This document shows, piece by piece, positions 13,383-25,890 of a DNA stretch of 64,000 bases. Origin of the DNA: an uncultured SAR86 cluster bacterium. Its GTDB lineage: Bacteria > Pseudomonadota > Gammaproteobacteria > Magnimaribacterales > D2472. The DNA lies in contig CAJIYN010000001.1 in assembly GCA_905181645.1 (NCBI GenBank), positions 696,691-760,690 on the forward strand, written 5' to 3'. The position numbers and the translations under genes are program-made. Within the stretch, counting starts at the first letter, position 1; every line of letters begins with the position of its first letter. The notes beneath the pieces are model-generated. The model was not told the origin of the DNA. It did no database searches and saw only the letters and a list, made by a program, of their open reading frames with translations.

Positions 13383-14883
13383 ATGAAAGAAATTCTTACT
13401 ATAGATCAAGGGACTACGAGCTCTCGCTCGATCATTTTTAATAAATCTCTGGATACTGTTCAGGAAATATTCCAACAGCAGTAGCAGCAATTAAAGAAGG
13501 TGCATCAAAAGCTGAAGCTGATGATATTCTTAAGCAGCTTGAAGAAGCTGGTGCTACTGTCGAAATAAGAGCACCTCACTATCAAACATTGTTGTGTGTG
13601 CTGGTATTACCAACCAAAGAGAGACCACTTTAGTTTGGGATTCCGTGTCTGGGGAACCTATCTACAACGGTATTGTTTGGCAAGATAGAAGAACTGCAGA
13701 TTACTGCTCATCTTTAAAAGAGCAAAACCTTGAGCAAATCATCAATAAAAAAACTGGCCTTCTGCTTGATCCCTATTTTTCTGCAACAAAAATTTCATGG
13801 ATTTTAGATAATGTTGAAGGCGCTAGAAAAAAAGCAATGAAAGGGGATCTGAGGTTTGGGACGGTAGATACATATCTTCTTTGGCATCTATCAGGCGGAC
13901 AGCTACATAAAACGGATGTTACCAACGCATCTAGAACTAATATTTTTAACATCCATTCAATGGAGTGGGATCAGGAGCTTCTGAATATCTTTGATATTCC
14001 TGCTTCGATACTGCCTGAGGTCGTTGCATCAGATGCAATGTTTGGAAATATTGAGATTGGTGATAATAGCATTCCTATTTGTGGCGTATTAGGCGATCAG
14101 CAGAGCGCACTAGTTGGACAAAACTGTTTTCAACAAGGAGATGTAAAAAATACATATGGAACAGGCTGTTTCTTAATGGTAAATACAAAAGATAAACCTT
14201 TAAAAGTGGAAGAGGGCCTTCTTACAACAGTTGCTTATAAATTAAACAATGAAGTTAATTACGCTCTTGAGGGTAGTATCTACTCATGTGGAAATATCAT
14301 TCAGTGGTTAAGAGATAAGATGCAATTCTTTGAAAATGCCAAGGATAGTGAGTTGTTTTTAGATTCAAAAGGTATTTCAAATAATGTTCATTTCTTTATT
14401 CCAGCCTTTACCGGTCTTGGAGCTCCTCAGTGGAATCCGGATATTAGAGCAAGTTTTTATGGTATTACCAGAGATACATCTAAAGAAGATTTTATAACAG
14501 CAGCATTTAATTCTTTGTGCTATCAAACTAAAGAAATCCTAATAGCAATGAAAGCAGATGGTCTCGAAGTAAAAGAGATGTCTATAGATGGTGGCATGGC
14601 AAACAATACTAGTTTTGCTCAATTACTTTCAGATATAACAAGTACCGATATTTCGATCCCAGCTAATACAGAAGCCACAGCTTTAGGAGCAGCCAAGGTA
14701 GCTGCAGTAGGTTGCGGTTTGGTCGATAATATTGAGATCTTTGATGAAATGGCCGAAAGAAAGCAACTTGTATCAAATTTTTCTCAATCTCATAAAATCA
14801 ATTTTATGATATGGAAAGAGTATTTAGATACAATGCTGACATTGAGCACAAAACTAAAAAATATTATGAACAACAAGGACTAA
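13383..14883 (+). CDS. glpK: glycerol kinase (N-terminal part disrupted by a foreign patch)
   Basis: IDQGTTSSRSI, GITNQRETT, IVWQDRRT, PYFSATKI, TDVTNASRT, KNTYGTGCF. Confidence 0.93.
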
Positions 14884-14884
14884 T

Positions 14885-15905
14885 ATGAAATATTTATATT
14901 CACTTTTTTACTTCTTCCCTTAGCAGCATCTGCAGCTTTTAATGATTATTCTAATTTGAATTCTTTTTTAAAAGAAAGTGATATCAATAATAAAAAAGTA
15001 TTTGTTTTACTTAATAACAAAAGATTATTTTCTACAGATTATCACCCTTCTTCTTTTAAGAGAGCTCGAGATGAATATCCTCGATACCCATCAACAATGA
15101 TTAAAAAAGGAATTGAGGGTTTTGTAGAAGTTGGCTTTAATGTTAATGAGGATGGTTCCACGTCAGATCATAAAATAATTACTTCAGAACCCTCTGATTA
15201 TTTCGATAATAACTCTTTAGAAGAGGCAAAGGGCTTACGTTACACAAAGGATACAAATACAAATTATACAAATACCAAAGGCTCTAAGCATATGCATAGA
15301 TTCACTTTCAACCTCCCGGAAGAATCTAGAAAAGTTCCAAATGGAGTATTCTCTTGTATGGAATTAATTTATCAAGACAAGCACCTTGCAGCAAAAAAAT
15401 GTTCTGAAAATAGAGTTAGTATTCACAGCGGTTATACGGTTCCTTACGCAATGTCCCTTTACTATATGAATCAAAGTGATGAAGCAATTAAATTATTAAC
15501 CGAGCTCCTTAAAGACCCTCAAGAAGAAAGTTTTTATGTTAAGGCTTTAAGTGCTTCAGCTGTTTCTATTTTTCTATTTGCAAATAAATCTTATCAAGAA
15601 ATTATAGAATTAGAGCCTTTCTTTATAGATATAAGAAAAGTTGGATATGAAGAGGCAATGCTAAATGCCTTTTATTTCCTTAGGCGTTTCATTGTTTTAT
15701 GCAAACAAAACAATTGATTCTTTATACTATTTGAAACTTACTCAACAAGATTCTAATTGTAAAATTTCATCGATGAATTCAAATGATGATATTAAAGCAA
15801 AAAAAGCCCAAAGTTTATTTAGGCTTATTACCTCAAAAGAGCTGCTATATTGATCAATTCAATAGAACAGAAGAAACATTAAAAGCTATAAATAAAATAA
15901 TTTAG
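14885..15905 (+). CDS. periplasmic protein with TonB C-terminal domain and helical repeat region (frameshifted)
   Basis: signal-like start; PRYPSTMIKKGIEGFVEVGFNVNEDGS TonB_C motif. Confidence 0.7.
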
Positions 15906-16492
15906 TTTAAACTCTATAATTTCTTTATTTCCAAGTAATCCAAAAATAAGTTTTCCACTATGACCCTCTACAGTTGATATTTTAATAGATCCTCTTGAAA
16001 TTTTCTTCTAGTTTGCTCATCAACTGCTGAAAAAGGTTCATCCATTAATAACACTTGAGAATCAACACTCAAAGCTCTTGCTAAACCTACTCTTTGTCTC
16101 ATACCACCTGATAGTTCATGAGGAAAGCTATTTTCAAAACCTTTTAAACCAACATCACCAATATATTTTGCTGCAATTGATTCTCTTTCAGATTTTGCAA
16201 CACCTCTTAATTCTAAACCAAATCCAACATTTCGAATAACAGATGCCCAATCCCCCTTTTTTCAGAAGGGACAAAATCCTCAGAGGAATTCAAAACAATA
16301 TTATTAATTTTTATAAGACCTTTATCTGGATGCATCAATCCTGAGATGATATTAAGAAGGGTGGTTTTACCACAACCACTTTCACCAACAAAACTAAGAG
16401 TATCTTTATCGATATCTTCAAAATTAATATTATTAAGTCCAACACCATATTTAGAAATTGCTAAAGGATAGATTTGAAATTAAAAGGCTCAT
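15905..16492 (-). CDS. ABC transporter ATP-binding protein (disrupted/chimeric)
   Basis: Walker [10 protein letters not shown] at ~16365-16392; [15 protein letters not shown] and LLMDEPFSA at 16025-16115. Confidence 0.75.
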
Positions 16493-16587
16493 TTGTTAAT
16501 AAAAAGTTTCTTCTTGTAATGGTATGTAATAAACTAATTCAAAATTAATGCTTGGTTGATAATACCAAAGACTATCTCTTACTAACA

Positions 16588-17730
16588 ATGTATAAATATA
16601 AAATTTTCAATAATATTGCTGACGATGGCATTGATGTTCTGAAAGGACATAACTTTATAATCGATGAAATAAATCCTGAAACGATTATATTAAGAAGTCA
16701 GGTTCTATCTAGTGATGATTTCAATAAATCTCTCAGATGTATTGGCAGAGCCGGAGCAGGCACTAATAATATACCTTCAGAGGAAGCAACCAAGAAAGGT
16801 ATTGTAGTTTTTAATACACCTGGAGCCAATGCTAACGCTGTAAAAGAACTTGTTGTTTGTGGAGTTGAGTTTCTTGCAGAGGCAATCCAAGGCAATACTT
16901 TTTCAAAAACCTTAGATGGGCTTGATACTTCAGATTTAAATAGCGCTATGGAAGAGCAAAAAAAGCTTTTTAAGGGGACGGAGTTAAAAGGTAAAACCTT
17001 AGGAATAGTTGGTTTGGGCGCAATTGGATCTTTAGTTGCTCAGACTGCGCAAAGCATGGGTATGAATCTGATCGGATTTGATCCTCATATTTCAGTTGAT
17101 TCAGCATGGAGACTTCCAAAGGAGGTTGAAAAAGCTGAAAGCCTAGAAGCTTTATTAAGTATGTCTGATTATATTTCTTTACATGTTCCACTGGTCGAAG
17201 CTACCAAAGACCTTATATCAATAGAAAAACTAAAGAATTGTTATACAAAAGTATTAAAATTAGTTTGTTTATTAAATGGAAAAGACTAAAAAATGATGAT
17301 ATTATTTTACAACTTTAATTAGCTCGAATTTATATTGTTAAAAAACAGATACTTCATCTAGATAAAAAACAGTTTGAAAAACTTTTTTCTTTTACCGCAT
17401 CTTGGAGCTAGCACGAATGAAGCAGAAATAAATTGTGCATTTATGGCATGTGACCAAGTTAGTAACTTTTTACTACATGGAAATATTATAAATTCTATAA
17501 ATTTTCCACCTATAAGATTAGGCAGGACAACACCATTTAGGTTAGTGATTATTAATCGTAATGAGCCAGGAATGATTGGAAAAATTGCAGATGAAATTGC
17601 ATCTGCAGAAATCAATATTGCTGACATGACAAATAAAAGTAGAGATGAAATAGCAATAAACCTTATTGATATCGATGAAGAGCCCTCGCAAAATCTTATT
17701 AGATAGTATTCAGAAAATAGACCATGTTGG
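16588..17730 (+). CDS. serA: D-3-phosphoglycerate dehydrogenase with C-terminal ACT domain (frameshifted)
   Basis: GRAGAGTNNIP, VFNTPGANANAVKELV, GIVGLGAIG, PHLGASTNEAE, NEPGMIG. Confidence 0.88.
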
Positions 17731-18062
17731 AATATGATATTTTAACTAGTATTAATTATAAATTTCTTAAAAAAACTTCTTGGATAACAGGTGAACTTCA
17801 TGGAAATAGAGATTTTGAGCCCTAAATATAGTTAATTTATATAACCTTATAGCTGAAATTTATTTTATTAAAAATTAAATAAAATAATACTTGCCCACAA
17901 GTAAAAAAAGTGATATTAAGAAAAATATGCAATAAATAAACCCATACTACATGTTATTTCGTTAAATTACTGAAATGCGGTAATAAAAGACTTTATTGTA
18001 TAAAAATTAACCAATTAGCATAAAAGCCTTATTCTAAAGGATTTACAGTGTAGAATATAAAG

Positions 18063-18097
18063 TTATCCAATAAGTTATCCACAGATTCTGTGGATAA
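18063..18097. promoter_or_regulatory. cluster of three DnaA boxes
   Basis: TTATCCAAT-aag-TTATCCACA-gattc-TGTGGATAA; two perfect boxes, one with 2 mismatches. Confidence 0.85.
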
Positions 18098-18110
18098 AAT
18101 TTCATAGAAA

Positions 18111-18787
18111 ATGAACAAATTTAAACCTGAAAATTACCTCGATCCAAAGTGGAGACTTTTGTTACAAAAAAAATAAAACATCCATATGTAGATATAATTA
18201 GTAATTACATAAAATTAGAAAAAAAAATATACCCAGATGTAAGAAATATTTTTAGCTTTCGAACTTTTGCCAGCCTGAAGATATTAATATTGTTATTATT
18301 GGTCAGGATCCATATCACGGAAATGGCCAAGCGAATGGGCTAGCTTTTTCAGTAAATGAAGGAATAAAAATACCCCCATCTTTAAGAAATATATTTAGTG
18401 AATTAGAGTCTGATTTAAGTATTCCAATTCATAAAAATGGTAATTTAGAATCTTGGGCAAAGCAGGGCGTTCTTCTATTAAATACATGCCTTACAGTAGA
18501 AGAATCAAAACCCGGGTCTCATCAAAATATTGGCTGGGAAGAGTTTACGGATGCTATTCTCCAAAATATTGGATACAAAGGCTCAGTTGTATTTATGTTG
18601 TGGGGAGCAAAAGCTCAAGCTAAAGAAAGTATCATCTATAAAGACAATAATCTAATTATTAAATCAGCACATCCGTCTCCATTTTCTGCAAGAAGAGGTT
18701 TTTTTGGATCAAAGCCATTTTCTCGTGCAAATGCTTTTTTAAAGTCAAACGGTAAAAATGAAATTAACTGGAATCTGGATATCTAAT
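18111..18787 (+). CDS. ung: uracil-DNA glycosylase (frameshifted)
   Basis: IIGQDPYHG, GLAFSV, WAKQGVLLLNT, MLWG, SAHPSPFSA..GFFGSKPFS. Confidence 0.93.
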
Positions 18788-18789
18788 AA

Positions 18790-19509
18790 ATTCAATTGAT
18801 TTATATATGTCATTTTGAAAATCATCTCTTTTGATGTGAGTAGTAAAAATTTTATGATCTAAAAACTTTAAGGTTTCTCCATGAATTTTTAATTTAGTAT
18901 CTATAGCGACTCTGCCTGGGACCACTGCTGTAACGAATTCCCTTCTATTAACTCCTAAATAGTGAACTCTAGCTACTACCTCTTGGCCTCTGAAACAACC
19001 CTTGCTAAAGGAAATTGGGACTCTTAAATATAGGGTTACACTAGTAAATCTAGTCGACTAATACGATAATTTTGTTGTTTTGAGTTTCTACAACACCACC
19101 ATTCACCTCAAAAGATTCTTTTTTGCCATTTTCTAGAGCAATGGTGATTTTGCCTCCAGATAGTGTTGCAATAATCGGGGCGTGATTGTTTAAGATTTCA
19201 AAACTACCGTCCGAACCTGGAAGCTCAATAGATAGAATGTCGCCTGAGAATAGCTCTTTGTCTGGTGTGATAATATCAACTAACATATTGCGTAGATTAA
19301 GCTTTAGCCTCAGCTAAAATTTCAGCCTGAATGAACCCCTTATGATCAAGTAAACAAGACATTTGGGCATTGTTATTAGCTAATTCTGAAATATCAGACG
19401 TGACTTGTCCCTGTAATAAAGCTTCAACTTTATCAATATCACCATTAAGTTTTAAAACCTCATAGGTATCTAAATCAATAGAGCCTGTTTTTATTAGATT
19501 CTTTAGCAT
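18790..19509 (-). CDS. ygfZ: YgfZ folate-binding Fe-S repair protein, middle replaced by foreign atpD/atpC patch
   Basis: N-term LLQGQVTSDI..LDHKG; SFSKGCFRGQEVVARVHYLG at ~18955-19015. Confidence 0.8.
19050..19286 (-). CDS. atpC: short ATP synthase epsilon subunit, Bacteroidota-like, out of context
   Basis: DIITPDKELFSG..LPGSDGSFEILNNHAPII..NGGVVE; lacks the C-terminal helices; lies inside ygfZ. Confidence 0.8.
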   Translation of the reverse strand: MLVDIITPDKELFSGDILSIELPGSDGSFEILNNHAPIIATLSGGKITIALENGKKESFEVNGGVVETQNNKIIVLVD

Positions 19510-19552
19510 CAGTTTTCTTGTAGAATTAACCTCTTTAACTTTATTCTAACTA

Positions 19553-19808
19553 ATGAGCGAACAAATAAATAGATTGAGATGGAAATGTAGACGAGGTATG
19601 CGTGAATTAGATCTGTTGCTTAAAGAATTCTCTGAGAAAGAAATGCTTAATTTATCTTCTGACGATCATGCTACTTTTGATGAAGTGCTAAATTACGATG
19701 ATCAGACTCTTTACGATTTTATTTTTAAAAAATTAAGCTTATCTTCATACATGAAAGGTTTATTAATAATAAATTAAAAAAATTTACAAAATTAGAGAAC
19801 TTTTAATA
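19553..19808 (+). CDS. sdhE: FAD assembly factor SdhE
   Basis: RLRWKCRRGMRELDLLL. Confidence 0.92.
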
Positions 19809-19848
19809 ACAAGACTGGTCATATTGGTAAGGAAATTGAGTTTTTAAA

Positions 19849-20423
19849 ATGGATAAAAATAATATTAACGAAGATTTCTATTTAATAGAGAAAGTTAAGG
19901 AAAAGAACCAGGATGCCTTTAAAGTGTTAATGATCAAATATCAACCAAGAATATATAGTGCTTTGTTCGGTTATGTTAAGTCAAAAGAAGATGCCGAAGA
20001 CTTGACTCAACAAGTATTTATAAGAGTGTGGAATAAGATAGATTCATTTAGAGGGGATAGTGCATTTTTTACATGGGTTTATAGAATAGCTATTAATCTT
20101 GCTAAGAATCATGATAACTAGTGCGACTTTCAAAAAAGATAAATTAAATATTTCAGATGATGTCATGCATTTTGATTATCCTCACTTTAGCTCACCTGAA
20201 CTAAGTGTTGAAAGCGCAGAAACATCTATAACTATTAAAAATTTTATTTCTACCTTAAATGAAAATTTTAAAAACACCCTTTATTTTGCGAGAGTATGAG
20301 GGTAAAAGCTATCAAGAAATAGCTGAAATAATTGAATGTCCTATTGGCACTGTTAGATCAAGGATCTTCAGAGCTCGAGAAACTATATTAGATTTTATAA
20401 AAGAGGAAATATCCAATGACTGA
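19849..20423 (+). CDS. rpoE: ECF sigma factor RpoE (frameshifted)
   Basis: AEDLTQQVFIR, FRGDSAFFTWVYRIAIN, SYQEIAEIIECPIGTVRSRIFRAR. Confidence 0.93.
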
Positions 20424-21108
20424 TATTAATGAAAAGCTTTCAGCTCTATTTGATGGAGAACTCTCTCACTCAGAAACAGATGAATTATTGATGCAGATTA
20501 ATGACAACGGTGTTCAAGATAAATTAAAAAATTATGCTCATCTTAGTGCAATGATTTCTAACGAAAAACAAACAAAATTAAAATCTAATGTAACTTATTT
20601 AAAGTTTCCAGATTTTCTACAATACAGGCCCTGGCTCTCAAATGGGATGTCAGCTGCTGCAGCCATTCTCTTAACAGTTTTTTTAATAAACCCATCAGAT
20701 TCAGACAGGCTTGGTTTTAATAGTGAAGCACAATCTCAAATACAAGCTGCAATAAACAGCGATGAAGCAAAAAATAATATTATTAGAATTGAGGAGGGCT
20801 TATTGGAGCATATGTTAAACGTTTTAGATCAAAGCGGCATTGAAAGTAAAAATCAGTACAACCCAAACTTAACCAATGTTGGCTTTCAAAGCAGATCCAA
20901 CAGACCAGGACACTATACTAATGGGAAAGAGAATTTTTATATGCACATTGCAAATAAAGATTTAGGTTTAAAGAATGTAAGATACTGGAAATCTGGAAAA
21001 AATATGGTTTACTTATATCCATTACCAGGCGGAAAAGTAATCACACTTTATGGAAATCTTCGTTTAGAAGAAGCCAATAGAATTATTAGTTCAATACAAA
21101 TTAGATAG
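20416..21108 (+). CDS. rseA: anti-sigma-E RseA-like membrane protein with RseB-like C-terminus
   Basis: EKLSALFDGEL N-terminus, one TM segment (AAAAILLTVFLI), directly after rpoE. Confidence 0.8.
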   Translation: MTDINEKLSALFDGELSHSETDELLMQINDNGVQDKLKNYAHLSAMISNEKQTKLKSNVTYLKFPDFLQYRPWLSNGMSAAAAILLTVFLINPSDSDRLGFNSEAQSQIQAAINSDEAKNNIIRIEEGLLEHMLNVLDQSGIESKNQYNPNLTNVGFQSRSNRPGHYTNGKENFYMHIANKDLGLKNVRYWKSGKNMVYLYPLPGGKVITLYGNLRLEEANRIISSIQIR

Positions 21109-21116
21109 GAGATATC

Positions 21117-22504
21117 ATGAAAAAATTCGCAAACATTAGTTTTGTTTTAGTCTTCGCATTAAGTATTAACCTCTCAGCTGTAGGCTTGCCTTCAAATATA
21201 GCTGGTCTTGTTGAGGACTCTGCTCCTGCTGTTGTAAATATCACATCAAGAAAAGAAGTCTCTTCTCAAAACTCATACAGAGGAATGCCTCCAGAGCTAG
21301 AAAGATTTTTTGGAATTCCAAGAGGTTATGAAGAGGCTCCACAACAAAAAAGGAAAGCAGAAGGATATGGATCTGGGTTTATTTTTTAAGAATAATTATA
21401 TTCTAACTAATTACCATGTTGTTGAAGATGCTACTGAAGTTTTGGTATCACTCTCTGATAGAAGAGAATATGTTGCAGAAATAATTGGAGTTGATCCTTT
21501 ATCAGATCTAGCTGTCTTAAAAGTTGATGGAACAAATCTACCTAAAGTATCGATTGGTGATAGCGAGAATTTAAGAGTGGGTGATTGGGTTGTTGCTATA
21601 GGTTCTCCTTTTAGTTTTGATTTTTCTGTTACTGCTGGAATTGTAAGTGCTAAGGGAAGAAGTATTCAAAATAATAATATTGGAAATTATGTCCCTTTTT
21701 TACAAACAGATGCTGCAATTAATCGTGGCAATTCTGGTGGACCTTTATTTGATATGAATGGTAATGTTGTCGGCATAAATTCTCAAATTTATTCTAGAAG
21801 TGGCGGTTATCAAGGTCTTGCATTTGCCATACCTATAAATGTAGCTATTGATGTTGCCGAACAAATTATAGATACAGGTATTGTAGCAAGAGGCTATTTA
21901 GGCGTTAGAGTTGGGGAGGTTGATAATGATCTTGCTGAAGCTCTTGGCATGGATAAGCCATATGGAGCTTTAATAAATGATCTTGAAGAAGGAGAATCTG
22001 GAGATAATGCTGGATTAATTCCAGGAGATGTCATCTTAGATTTTGATGGTAAGGAAATTAAATTTAGTGCAGATCTTCCTCATGTCGTAGGGCAAATAAA
22101 ACCAAATACGGAATCTACTGCAACTATATTTAGGGACGGTGAGGAGATGGAGCTGACTTTTATTCTTGGAGAATTACCTTCAAGTGATAAACCATTTGTG
22201 CCTGCAAAAAGTGATAATAATTCTGATATGTTAGGACTTCAAATTGAAGAAATTGATAGAGATAGCACCGCAAATGGAAAATTTAGAAAAAGAAATTGGA
22301 CTAAATGTTATCAAGGGTCTCCTGCATCAGGCAAAATACAAAGAGGTGATGTTATTACTCATATACGTTATAGAAATATGAAATATAAGATAGATAGCCT
22401 TGAATCTTTTCGGATACCATAGAAAAACTTGAATCTGGATCAATAGTAGCTGTTTTTGGTAAAAGAAATAACGCTCGTTTTATTGTTCCAATCAGATTAA
22501 ATTA
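21117..22504 (+). CDS. DegP/MucD family serine endoprotease with PDZ domains (frameshifted)
   Basis: PAVVNI, GSGFI, LTNYHVV, DLAVLKV, QTDAAINRGNSGGPL. Confidence 0.95.
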
Positions 22505-22571
22505 AAAATATTTATAAATAGACTCCTCTAAAGCTAATAACTTAATAGCTTTCCTTGTAAAATGTATTCAT

Positions 22572-24368
22572 ATGAAGAACATTAGAAACTTTTCTGTAAT
22601 TGCCCATATTGACCACGGGAAATCGCACCCTGTGCTGATAGGCTTGATTAGAGTTTTCTGGCGGCCTGTTACTGCACAGAGAGATGTCTGACCAGATTGC
22701 TTGACTCATATGGATATTAGAAAGAGAAAGAGGTATTACTATAAAGTCTCATGCGGTAACACTGGAATATATCAAAGACGGAACGCCGTACCAATTAAAT
22801 TTTATTGATACCCCAGGACACGTGGATTTTTCGTATGAAGTTTCTAGATCACTTTCAGCATGCGAGGGAGCACTCTTGGTAGTTGATGGCTCTCAGGGTG
22901 TCGAAGCTCAAACTTTAGCTAATTGTTATACAGCTGTTGATCAAGGCTTAGAAGTTATTGCTTGTTATTAATAAAATTGACTTACCTCAATCTGATCCTG
23001 ATAGAGTTAAAAAAGAAATAGAGGACATGATAGGTATTAATTCTGAAAATGCACCTCTTGTAAGTGCAAAAACTGGTGAAGGAACAGAAGAATTATTAGA
23101 TATGCTGGTCAGAGATATACCCCCGCCAGAAGGAAGTCCAGATGCTCCATTACAGGCCTTGATAGTAGATTCCTGGTTCGATCCTTATTTAGGAGTTGTC
23201 TCGCTTATCAGAATTAAGAATGGAACATTAAATACTGGACAAAAATTTAAAATATTTACAACTGGTGATGAGCACCTTGTAGATGAGGTTGGTATCTTCA
23301 CTCCTAAAAGAACCAAGACTGATAGTTTAAAGGCTGGAGAAGTTGGCTATTTGATTGCTAGTATTAAAAATATTGATGGTGCTCCAGTAGGAGATACTAT
23401 TACTGGAAGCAAAGATCCAGTTAAGGTTCCATTGGAGGGTTTTAAGCCAGTACAACCAAGAGTTTTTGCGGGTTTATTTCCAACCTCTGGAGAAGATTAT
23501 GAGAAATTTAGAGATGCACTTGCAAAGTTACGTTTAAACGATGCTGCCTTACTTTTTATCCCAGAAAGCTCTGCTGCTTTAGGCTTTGGTTTTAGGTGTG
23601 GTTTTCTTGGAATGCTTCATATGGAAATTATTCAAGAAAGACTAGAAAGAGAATATGATTTAGATCTTATATCTACAGCTCCTTCAGTTGAATATGAAAT
23701 TTTAAAAACAGATGGTACTGTTTTCAAATGTGATAATCCCTCCCAGATGCCTGTATCAAATGAGATTGATGAAATTAGAGAGCCAATAGTTCTTGTAAAT
23801 GTTTTAACTCCAAATGATTATGTTGGAAGTGTTATCACTCTTTGTACAGGCAAAAGAGGGATTCAAAAAGAGATGAATTATTTTGGCACTCAAGTATCCA
23901 TTATATTTGAAATGCCTCTTTCTGGAGTGATTGTTGATTTTTTTGACCAAATAAAATCTTCAACAAAAGGTTTTGCCTCTATTGAGTATAGCTTGATTGG
24001 TTTTAGAGCCTCTGACCTTACAAAGATAGATATTTTGATAAATGACCAAAAAGTAGATGCGCTTTCTATGATTGTACATAAATCTTTTTCTATGATGAAG
24101 GCTCGTGAAATTGCTAAAAATCTACAGAAATTAATTCCAAGACAAATGTTTGATGTTCCAATTCAGGTAGCGCTAGGTTCAAAAATTATCCAGGGAAACA
24201 GTAAAAGCACTTAGAAAAAATGTTACTGCTAAGTGTTATGGTGGTGATATCTCAAGAAAGAAAAAACTTTTAGAAAAACAAAAGAAGGGCAAGAAGAAAA
24301 TGAAGCAACTTGGCAGAGTATCAATACCTCAAGATGCATTTTTGAATTACTTTAGCTCACAGGATTAA
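22572..24368 (+). CDS. lepA: elongation factor 4 (frameshifted)
   Basis: [56 protein letters not shown]. Confidence 0.96.
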
Positions 24369-24371
24369 GCT

Positions 24372-25265
24372 ATGTTTACAGATCCAATATTTTTATTAGC
24401 TCTAGTGGGAGTTGGTATATGCCTTTCAATATGGGTGCTAGAAGCCATGAAAATGGATGAGTCTAATAATATTGATATAAAGACACCCAGCCAAGACAAG
24501 ATTTCAAAGATTGGCTTTGCATTAGGTCTTGTCATTTTATATAGAGTTTTTATTAATGCTGGCGACCTCAGCATCATCCTCTTACTTGCGACTATTATCA
24601 GTTTAATAATTTGGCTTACTGGTAAGTTTACGAGCAATTCATATTTGGGAGCCTCAGGAAGAAGTTGGTTTATCCCCATTTTTTTAATATTTGTATTAAG
24701 AACATTTATGTATGAACCTTATCAAATCCCATCTGGCTTAAATATTAATCGATAAAATTGAGTTTTTATATTAGTTAATAAACATTCATATGGTTTAAAA
24801 CTTGAAAGAACAGGTAAATCTTTTGCCTTAGCAAAAGACCCTAAACTAGGAGATGTTGTTGTATTTATACCTCCACATAAACCAATGCCTTTTGTTAAAA
24901 GATTAATTGGAAAACCTGGTGACAAGGTGAGTTATATCAACAAGAAGCTTTATCTTAATGACATTGCTGTTCCTCAAAATTATTATAAAACTGAATCAGG
25001 TATTGATTTTTATCTTGAGAATTTTAATGGTAAAGAGATAACGGTTCAGCATATGAGATCAAGACCATCTGGCGCTCCATCAGAGTGGATTGTCCCAGAT
25101 AATATGTATTTTGCAGTTGGAGATAATCGTGATAATTCTAACGACAGCAGGTACTGGGGCTTCGTCCCAAGAGATAATTTTATGGGAACAGGCGAAATGA
25201 TCTGGATGACATGGGAGTGTTGGACCTGCTTGCCTTCCTTTGAGCGAGCAGGAAGTATTAAGTGA
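24372..25265 (+). CDS. lepB: signal peptidase I (frameshifted)
   Basis: LRTFMYEPYQIPSG, FVKRLIGKPGD, GDNRDNSNDSRYWGFVP. Confidence 0.93.
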
Positions 25266-25890
25266 AACTTGAAGATTTTGAATTAGTTATTAACTATTCT
25301 TTTAATGATCAAGAACTCCTGGAGACTGCTTTTCAGCATAAAAGCTTTAATAAGAATACTAATAATGAAAGATTGGAGTTTCTGGGTGACAAATCTTAAA
25401 TTCTGTAATTGCAGAATATCTTTTTATTAAGTTTCCAAATTTTTCAAAGTCTTCAATGATGTCTGAGCTTTACTCGTTAAGGGGAGCTCATTAACAAAAA
25501 AAGCTAATGAAATAAAACTTGATGAAATAATAAAACTTTCAAAAGGGATGATTAATTTATCTGATGACAGAAAGTTTTCTTTATTAGAAGGTGCTTTTGA
25601 GGCAGTCATTGGGCACTAATAACTTCAATTAGATATTTGAAATCTCAAATTTATCAAAATGATTTTAATAATTTATCACTAGATAATGACTTTAAGGACC
25701 CTAAGTCTCTATTGCAAGAAGCTATGCAGGCCAAGGGAATAACACCGCCTGACTATCACACTGAGGAGCTTAAAGATCAAAGGTTTAAATCCAGTCTTGA
25801 GCTTAAAGGTAATTTATATAGCGCAACTGGAAAATCAAAAAAATCTGCTGTCATTCCAATTATATAGAAAATATTTTAAATAAAGGAATG
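25262..25890 (+). CDS. rnc: ribonuclease III (frameshifted)
   Basis: NNERLEFLGD, EGAFEAVIG, KDPKSLLQE; lepB-rnc-era synteny. Confidence 0.88.
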
